DNA from: Acidobacteriota bacterium
GTDB taxonomy: Bacteria > Acidobacteriota > Terriglobia > UBA7540
Assembly (NCBI GenBank): GCA_021828285.1
Contig: JAKASG010000001.1
Location: 27,326-91,325, forward strand
DNA length: 64,000 nucleotides
Direction of reading: 5' to 3'
Program-made: the position numbers and the translations under genes
Part shown: positions 58,455 through 64,000 of the stretch, in pieces
How positions within the stretch are numbered: the stretch's first letter is position 1
How the letters are laid out: the number at the start of each line of letters is the position of its first letter
The notes under the pieces: generated by a model
Seen by the model: the letters and a program-made list of their open reading frames with translations, nothing else
Told to the model about the DNA's origin: nothing
The model's database searches: none

Positions 58455-60029
58455 CTACGAATGGGAAGAGGATTGAGAGAGCGCGTGGCGGGCGGCCTGT
58501 TCCATCAAGGCGCGGGGGGCGGCGAGGCCGGTCCAGATCTCGAACTGCCGCGCGCCCTGAGCGACAAGCATTTCGATGCCGGAGATGGTGATCATGCCCC
58601 TCCCGCGAGCATCCGCGAGGAAGCGGGTTTCGAGCGGATGATAGACCATATCGAAAACCACGCGGGCGCGCAGCCGCGAGAGGTCGAGCGGCGAGCTTTG
58701 CGGATGAGGCGCCATGCCGACGGGCGTCGCGTTGACCACTGCATCCACTTCAAGCCCATCCACGCTGTCCCACGGAACGATTTGCGCGGAGACGGCGCGC
58801 GCCAGGCGCTTTGCGGCCGCCTCGCGCCGCGCGGCAATCAGAACATTCACGCCTTCGGTCCGCAGAGCATAGGCCGCGGCGCGCGCCGCCCCGCCCGAGC
58901 CGAGAATCAGAATCACGCTCCCGGCAAGACGCAGGCGTTTCGAGACCACCTCAATAATGGCTGCCGCGTCCGTGTTCCACCCCATCCAACGGCCGTGCTG
59001 CACGGCGACGGTGTTGCAAGCGCCGATGCGCATCGCCAAGGGGTCCACCCAATCGAGTTCGCGCATCACGGCCCGCTTGAAGGGCATTGTCACGCTGAAG
59101 CCCGCGAAGCCGAGCGCCCGCGCGAACGCGACGAAATCCCGGAACCGCGGCGTCTCACAGGGCAGATAGACCGCATTGACGCGCTTCGCCTGAAAGGCCA
59201 TATTTTGCATGGCGGGCGATAAGGAGATGGATGCGCGCGATCCAACGACTCCGAAAAGCAGCGAGCGCCGGTCGAGACGGTCCGCCCGGTAAACTGCTCG
59301 GACCACTTCCACGGGCAATTGTCCGGCAGCAACCGCCATCGAGCTTCCGGCGGAGGCATAAGTGAACGCGGAACCCCAGCGCAGCGCCAATAGGCGCGAT
59401 GGAATCCCCGAAGGCCCGAGCCCGAATGCGACCAGCTTCGGTTTGCGCGGGTGATGCGCCTTGAGAAGGCTGTAAATCTTCACATTGTCGCGGAGATGCC
59501 GGGCGTGCGTTGCGATTTTGACCACCTGCGCGTGCGAGCGCGCGAGTCGCCGGTAAAGCGGCGCAAGCGGCGGCGTCTGCCGGTAGTTGTGATGGGAAAC
59601 GATGACCTTCGCCGGCCCAAACTCGTCAATCGCCCCGCCTCCGCTCCGATCGAGCGAGTCCCACTCAAGATCCACCCATTGACAGCCGCTTTGCGCGGCG
59701 GATTTGAGAATTGCAATCTGTTCGGAAACTGTCCCTCGAAACAACCCGCCTGCCCTCGCGCGGCGGCAGGTAGCAATCACCGGCGGAAACCGCAGCGCCG
59801 TGAGCAGGGGACGCAATTGGGTTTCCACCTCTGAAATATCTCGAAGATAATCGAGCCGCAGCTCATAGCCCACGTGAGGAAGTGCGAGTTTGGTGACTAA
59901 GTTCTCCGCCGCCTGCAGGGTTGGGACCGCGAGAGTCACAAAGATTCGCGGAAGTTTCAAAGTCCTGGTCAACGCTGGGTCCGAGTGGCTCCCTTCTTTG
60001 GGTTGCCAATGCGATGAAATATAAAGCAT
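58455..60029 (-). CDS. bifunctional 3-dehydroquinate dehydratase (type I) / shikimate 5-dehydrogenase fusion
   Basis: 524 aa. The N-terminal half is AroD-like (IFVTLAVPT...YELRLDYL...KVIVSHHNY). The C-terminal half is AroE-like (FGVVGSRASISLSPAMQNMAF, ILGSGGAARA, NATPVGM). The exact start is uncertain. Confidence 0.8.
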   Translation of the reverse strand: MLYISSHWQPKEGSHSDPALTRTLKLPRIFVTLAVPTLQAAENLVTKLALPHVGYELRLDYLRDISEVETQLRPLLTALRFPPVIATCRRARAGGLFRGTVSEQIAILKSAAQSGCQWVDLEWDSLDRSGGGAIDEFGPAKVIVSHHNYRQTPPLAPLYRRLARSHAQVVKIATHARHLRDNVKIYSLLKAHHPRKPKLVAFGLGPSGIPSRLLALRWGSAFTYASAGSSMAVAAGQLPVEVVRAVYRADRLDRRSLLFGVVGSRASISLSPAMQNMAFQAKRVNAVYLPCETPRFRDFVAFARALGFAGFSVTMPFKRAVMRELDWVDPLAMRIGACNTVAVQHGRWMGWNTDAAAIIEVVSKRLRLAGSVILILGSGGAARAAAYALRTEGVNVLIAARREAAAKRLARAVSAQIVPWDSVDGLEVDAVVNATPVGMAPHPQSSPLDLSRLRARVVFDMVYHPLETRFLADARGRGMITISGIEMLVAQGARQFEIWTGLAAPRALMEQAARHALSQSSSHS

Positions 60030-60255
60030 TCACAGTGCTAAGGCAAGGTAAAAAGATTGCTTCCTGCGAGCGGCGTACGCAGGCGTTGAGCGCCATAAAC
60101 GCCGTCCACTATGCTGATAAATAACGTATTGCCAACACATTGCGAGCGCGCCTCAAAACGATATAGTGGAAGTAGCATGATAAGGTTTCTCTGAATTCTG
60201 CGCCTTTTCGTGGCTTAATTGAGGTTGCGGCGAGGTTTGCGGAAGGATCGGAACA

Positions 60256-60714
60256 ATGAAGCGTGAATATCCGAAGCTCCCGATTGTCGGCGTGGGCGGA
60301 GTTGTGATTAAAGGCGATGAGGTTTTGCTGGTTCGTCGCGGAAAGCCCCCGATGAAGGGCCGTTGGACGATACCGGGCGGAATGGTCGAGTTGGGCGAGA
60401 GCCTGCCGCAAGCCGTTCAGCGGGAGATCAAGGAGGAAACCCGACTTGAGGTTCGGCCGGTTGGCGTGATTGCCGTTCTCGACCGAATCTTCAAAAAGAG
60501 CGGGCGAGTCCGATTCCATTACGTCATTGTGGATTATGCCTGCCGGGTCAAAAGCGGAAAACTTCGCGCGGCCTCTGACGTGCTCGACGCGCGCTGGGTG
60601 AAGCGTACGGAACTCTCGCGTTATCGCTTGCCCACCGCCGCGAGAAGCGTGATTCGCCGGGCCTTCGAACGGTCAAAGGGGCGCGGCGCGTCTGCGCACC
60701 GCCTTTCGGTCTGA
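60256..60714 (+). CDS. NUDIX hydrolase
   Basis: 152 aa with the Nudix box GGMVELGESLPQAVQREIKEETRLEV. Confidence 0.88.
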   Translation: MKREYPKLPIVGVGGVVIKGDEVLLVRRGKPPMKGRWTIPGGMVELGESLPQAVQREIKEETRLEVRPVGVIAVLDRIFKKSGRVRFHYVIVDYACRVKSGKLRAASDVLDARWVKRTELSRYRLPTAARSVIRRAFERSKGRGASAHRLSV

Positions 60715-60717
60715 ATG

Positions 60718-60767
60718 CAAACGAAAAGCCCCCGGCCTTGCGCAAGTAAAATCGCAAGACCGGGGGC
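60718..60767 (-). terminator. intrinsic terminator (minus strand)
   Basis: A long GC-rich hairpin GCCCCCGG..TTGCG / CGCAA..CCGGGGGC (60728-60767) is followed on the minus strand by CTTTTCGTTTGC. Confidence 0.6.
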
Positions 60768-60882
60768 CGGGCCACTGTTGGGATTGGCTGCCCGAACTCT
60801 CCGAGCTGCGGCGCCGACCAGCGCCCTCTTGCCTGCTTCCCTTCGCTAAGGGAAGCTCCCACGTGCAAGCGCCAGTGAGCGC

Positions 60883-60924
60883 CTAAGCCTCAGGGCCCTC
60901 GCTTAAGTTACTTTCCAATGACAT
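60883..60924 (-). CDS. 13-codon sORF (MSLESNLSEGPEA) behind a 16-nt perfect anti-SD complement
   Basis: On the minus strand, AGAAAGGAGGTGATCC (60940..60925) is followed directly by ATG (60924..60922), and the reading frame ends at TAG (60885..60883). Confidence 0.3.
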   Translation of the reverse strand: MSLESNLSEGPEA

Positions 60925-60952
60925 GGATCACCTCCTTTCTAGCGTTGCCGCG

Positions 60953-60981
60953 ATAATAAAATTCCACGCGGCCCGAGTCAA
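60953..60981 (-). promoter_or_regulatory. near-consensus sigma-70 promoter (TTGACT-N17-TATTAT) with a duplicated AAAATTTCC motif upstream
   Basis: On the minus strand, TTGACT lies at 60981..60976 and TATTAT at 60958..60953. AAAATTTCC occurs twice immediately upstream (60982-61004 region). Confidence 0.5.
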
Positions 60982-61054
60982 GGAAATTTTGACAGGAAAT
61001 TTTGCGCGGGGATTGAGGGCCTCTGCCGTCAGTGGGCAGCTCTCAGCAGGTGCC

Positions 61055-61579
61055 TCACTGCTTTATTCCGATGCCCTCGTCAGTGACCGTCCAGTGGACG
61101 CCATCCGTGGATTTTTCAATTGTCACCTTGACTCGCCGGGACGATTCCCAAACATAGACGATCCGATCCCGAGACTTCTTTCCCGGCTCATCCTCGATCC
61201 ACCGATTGCCCTTGACCGTCATGGGGGTAACGTAAGGATGCGCGCCATGTTCGCCGCTCGCATAGAGTTCGTAATGCCAGAACTCGTGGTCGGCGCTGTT
61301 GTACGTATCCACGACGAGCGACTCCACGGGCTTGCCCGACCAGACGTTACTGAACGTGCATTCGAGAAAAAGGCGGTTTTGCGACCACGCGCAATCCTCA
61401 TTCCAGGTCCACACGCCTGGCTTTGCGCCCGGTTTTCCGAATGTTTTGCCGTGAAAGACCCATCGGCCGAGAGAAATTTCCAGTTTCCGGACGCTCGCAG
61501 AAGGCCGGCTTTCCGCCCCGAGAGCCAGTTGCAAAAATAGAGTGCCGCAAATGAGCGTCAGCAATCCGATCCGTTTCAA
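61055..61579 (-). CDS. hypothetical secreted protein
   Basis: The TTG start at 61579 has AAGGAGG 5 nt upstream. The signal peptide is (M)KRIGLLTLICGTLFLQLALGAES. The mature part is Trp-rich (WVFHGKTFGKPG...WTWNEDCAW...). The track ORF to 61714 is probably over-extended. Confidence 0.55.
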   Translation of the reverse strand: MKRIGLLTLICGTLFLQLALGAESRPSASVRKLEISLGRWVFHGKTFGKPGAKPGVWTWNEDCAWSQNRLFLECTFSNVWSGKPVESLVVDTYNSADHEFWHYELYASGEHGAHPYVTPMTVKGNRWIEDEPGKKSRDRIVYVWESSRRVKVTIEKSTDGVHWTVTDEGIGIKQ

Positions 61580-61748
61580 TTTCGCCTCCTTCACGTTCCG
61601 CCGAGTGGCGCTTCGGTCAAACGCTTCCAAGAGCCTCCATAGAAATACGCTGTTCTCATTTCTGGCGCAAGCCCTTACGCCTGGGCAGTCCGTCCCGGAC
61701 GATGCGATTTTCATTCCGCGAGGTTCGCTTCCGGAACGCGGCTCTTGA

Positions 61749-62483
61749 TTAGAGCGGGTATTTACCCGTCAATTGGCGCCAGCGCAGGGCGATGAGGTCG
61801 AGGAACATGCGGGAGGAATCGCGCAGGAAGTGGACTTTGGTGGCGGGGTTGTCATCCCAGCGAACAGGGACTTCGACGATCTTGCCGCCCGAGCGGCGAA
61901 TGAGAAACAGAATTTCGGGGTCGAAGCCGAAGCCATCAACGCGCTGCAGTTCGAAGGCGCGGCGAGTCGCCGCGCGGCGGAAGAGCTTGAAACCGCACTG
62001 CGTGTCGCGAAGCGGGAGGCCGGTGAAGAGCCGCACCAGCAGGTTGAAAAACTTTCCGCTCATCTCCCGTGTCCACGGCTGGCGCACCCCGATCAAGCTT
62101 CGGTCGAGAGCCCGGGAGCCGATGGCAACGTCGGCGTTTTGCGCTTCGAGCGCGGCCATCAGCTTCGTCGCTTCCTCGATGGGCGCGGAAAGGTCGGAGT
62201 CGGTAAAGAGAACGAATTCACCCTGCGCTTCCAAAACTCCTCGCCGCACGCTATAGCCTTTGCCACGATTCGGCTGGTTGCGCAAAATGCGCGTTGCCGG
62301 ATGGCGCGATTGGAATTCGCGCATCAGCTCGGGCGTTCGGTCGCTCGACCCGTCATCCACCAGAATCAGCCCGACAGGCCCGGCCTGCCCTTCGATATAA
62401 CCGGCAATCTTCTCGAGCGACTTTCCGAGGCGCGCGGCCTCATTGTAAGCGGGAATGACGATGCACAGGCGCGGTTCGCCCAT
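61749..62483 (-). CDS. family 2 glycosyltransferase (polyprenyl/dolichyl-phosphate glycosyltransferase-like)
   Basis: 244 aa with CIVIPAYNEA, LVDDGSSDRT, and FTDSDLS (the DxD region). Confidence 0.85.
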   Translation of the reverse strand: MGEPRLCIVIPAYNEAARLGKSLEKIAGYIEGQAGPVGLILVDDGSSDRTPELMREFQSRHPATRILRNQPNRGKGYSVRRGVLEAQGEFVLFTDSDLSAPIEEATKLMAALEAQNADVAIGSRALDRSLIGVRQPWTREMSGKFFNLLVRLFTGLPLRDTQCGFKLFRRAATRRAFELQRVDGFGFDPEILFLIRRSGGKIVEVPVRWDDNPATKVHFLRDSSRMFLDLIALRWRQLTGKYPL

Positions 62484-62770
62484 GGAGACAAACTATATGG
62501 AGTCATGGGAAAAGTGTCAAAGGCGAACACCCCCCATGCCTTGCCATTCCGAGCGGCGTGAGGAATCTTGCAATACAAACTGACTCCTCGTCGCCCGCCG
62601 GACTCCCCGCAATGACAGCGGCAGTGAGCTTATCAGCAGCTTGTTATGAGCGCCGGGACGGCAGCTTGCAAAATTTGGAACAAAACAGACATCTCTATTG
62701 TCGAAGGGTACAGAACAGGGTGGAAAGCGGGATTGCGGGCAAAAGGCAATCCTGCTATGGTGAAGTTACC

Positions 62771-63406
62771 ATGGCGATAGCGCGGCCGATGAATCCGGCG
62801 GTCGAAGCGACGGCGCGCAGCGCGAGCAGCGAAACGGCGCTCGTCGGTGAATTGACGGCCGGTTCCGAGCAGGCGTTCGCCTATCTGCTCGCCATCTATC
62901 AAAATCCCGTTTTCAATTTCGTTACGCACGTCCTCGGCAATGAGGTGGACGCCGCCGACGTGGTGCAAAACGTTTTCGTCAAGGTCTTCCGCGGCATCAA
63001 GCATTTCCACGAGGAAAGCACTCTCAAAACGTGGATTTACCGGATCGCCGTGCATGAAGCGCTCAATCACCGGCGAAGCTGGCTCCGGCGGCTGTTTCAT
63101 GAACCTGTCTCGATGGACGATCCTGAAACCGGCGGCGCGCTCGCCATGCATCACGCGGACCGAAGTCTCGCCGCTCCCGACCGTTTGCTCGAACAAGCGG
63201 AAACGCAGGAGTTGGTGAGGAGAGCCCTGATGAGCATCCCACCGCCCTATCGCCTGATTCTCGTGCTGCGCGAGATTGAGGATTTGAGCTACGAGGAAGT
63301 GGCGGCGGTTACGGGTTTGGCCGAGGGCACGGTGAAATCGCGGCTGCGGCGCGGGCGTGACCTGCTGCGCCGGAAGCTCGAAGGACATCCGGGGGTTTCA
63401 AGCTGA
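62771..63406 (+). CDS. ECF RNA polymerase sigma factor
   Basis: The start is taken at ATG 62771 (MAIARPMNPAVE). Region 2 is NPVFNFVTHVLGNEVDAADVVQNVFVKVF and region 4 is EIEDLSYEEVAAVTGLAEGTVKSRLRRGR. Confidence 0.85.
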   Translation: MAIARPMNPAVEATARSASSETALVGELTAGSEQAFAYLLAIYQNPVFNFVTHVLGNEVDAADVVQNVFVKVFRGIKHFHEESTLKTWIYRIAVHEALNHRRSWLRRLFHEPVSMDDPETGGALAMHHADRSLAAPDRLLEQAETQELVRRALMSIPPPYRLILVLREIEDLSYEEVAAVTGLAEGTVKSRLRRGRDLLRRKLEGHPGVSS

Positions 63407-64000
63407 TGCGCGACGGGATGTGCGAACACGTTCGCGGTCGGATTTCCGATTACCTGGACAACGCGTGCAGTCCGGAATCGCTGCGCGGCATTCTGTCCCA
63501 TCTCGGCGCGTGCCAGGCCTGCCGTGAGGAATTTGCGCGGGCGGAATCGGTCTCGCAGGCGCTGCGCAGCGCTCCACGGCTGCGCGTCTCACCCGACCTG
63601 GCGCTTCGGCTTCGCGTGCTGCTTTCGCAGGAAGTCCACCGAAACGCCTGGGGCCGGCTGTGGGTGCATTTCCAAAACGCTTTTCAGCCGCTTTGGCTGC
63701 CCGCTTCAGGCGGAATCGTGAGCGCACTGATTTGCCTGGGACTTCTCATGGGCCAGGGCGTGCCGCCGGCGGCCCACACGCCCGATGTTCCCACGGATAT
63801 TTCGACTCCGGCGACTTTGCAGGATCTGAATCCCGTGAGTTTCAACGTGGGTGCGAAACCCGTAATCGTTCTCACCACGGTGGACGCGCAGGGACAAGCG
63901 ACGGGCTATAAGATCCTTTCCGGCCAGCATTCCCCCCAACTGACGCGGCAGCTTGACCGCATGATTTACTTCAGCTTATTTCATCCCGCCACGATGTTCG
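63406..64000 (+). CDS. anti-sigma factor (zf-HC2), partial; runs off the window end
   Basis: Manual translation from ATG 63406 (overlapping the sigma stop as TGATG) gives MRDGMCEHVRGRISDYLDNACSPESLRGILSHLGACQACREEF..., then a TM segment GGIVSALICLGLLMG. The frame stays open to position 64000. Confidence 0.7.
   Translation, partial: MRDGMCEHVRGRISDYLDNACSPESLRGILSHLGACQACREEFARAESVSQALRSAPRLRVSPDLALRLRVLLSQEVHRNAWGRLWVHFQNAFQPLWLPASGGIVSALICLGLLMGQGVPPAAHTPDVPTDISTPATLQDLNPVSFNVGAKPVIVLTTVDAQGQATGYKILSGQHSPQLTRQLDRMIYFSLFHPATMF

Larger units (their letters stand above)
60718..60946 (-). ncRNA. candidate stand-alone small transcript (sORF-bearing sRNA) bounded by its own promoter and terminator
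   Basis: A promoter at 60981..60953 predicts a TSS near 60946. Downstream are several perfect hairpins (for example GCUUCCCUU-AGCG-AAGGGAAGC) and the terminator at 60767..60718. No known RNA family was recognised. Confidence 0.35.

Noticed and set aside
60548-60868. A 106-aa minus-strand ORF spanning the mini-gene tail and the 3-prime end of the NUDIX gene.
   Set aside because: It starts at a non-ATG codon without an SD, crosses an intrinsic terminator, and is antisense to the NUDIX coding sequence. Its composition is typical of a GC-shadow frame.
60835-60870. The minus-strand GAAGGGAAGCAGGCAAGAGG resembles the SRP (4.5S) RNA domain IV motif GGAAGCAGCCAAGG.
   Set aside because: The segment forms a perfect 9-bp hairpin (GCUUCCCUU/AAGGGAAGC) without the symmetric/asymmetric internal loops and GNAR tetraloop context of SRP RNA. 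The flanks also lack the complementary 5-prime strand.
60925-60940. Plus-strand GGATCACCTCCTTTCT is identical to the usual 3-prime end of 16S rRNA, which suggested an rRNA gene end or fragment.
   Set aside because: The upstream flank (..TTACTTTCCAATGACAT) bears no resemblance to 16S helix 45 or the conserved GTAACAAGGTAGCCGTA region, and no ITS, tRNA or 23S sequence follows. It is better read as an extended SD on the minus strand; see the mini-gene finding.

Overview
High-GC bacterial chromosomal segment. Gene content (a TPR/FG-GAP/ASPIC-UnbV giant protein, many ECF sigma/anti-sigma pairs, a GDP-mannose cluster) suggests Acidobacteriota, but that assignment is inference only. About 60 protein genes are supported. 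Most are housekeeping: cydAB, tilS-hpt-ftsH, htpX, aroA, an aroD/aroE fusion, trpD/trpG/trpE, sucCD, ndk, xseA, lepA, nusB, coaD, a manA-manC-PMM cluster and crotonase/3-hydroxyacyl-CoA dehydrogenase. I recognised no rRNA, tRNA, CRISPR array, transposase or integrase. Many long antisense ORFs in the six-frame track are high-GC artefacts. Observations the plain ORF track does not explain: (1) a peroxiredoxin-like gene whose first CxxC cysteine is an in-frame TGA followed by SECIS-like hairpins, making it a candidate selenoprotein; (2) a HipA-like kinase plus DUF3037 gene pair, preceded by a bipolar acidic/basic histone-H1-like protein with its own promoter; (3) an ECF sigma / anti-sigma / zinc-ribbon membrane protein / Gly-rich mini-protein / three tandem PspB-like paralogous mini-proteins / toast-rack (DUF4097) operon with a nested-hairpin intergenic element; (4) a self-contained small transcription unit with a near-consensus promoter, a 16-nt perfect anti-SD complement, a 13-codon sORF, a structured tail and an intrinsic terminator; (5) a dispersed REP/MITE-like inverted-repeat family at four intergenic loci; (6) a polyprenol-kinase-like::DUF92 fusion. 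Several smaller oddities are also listed.
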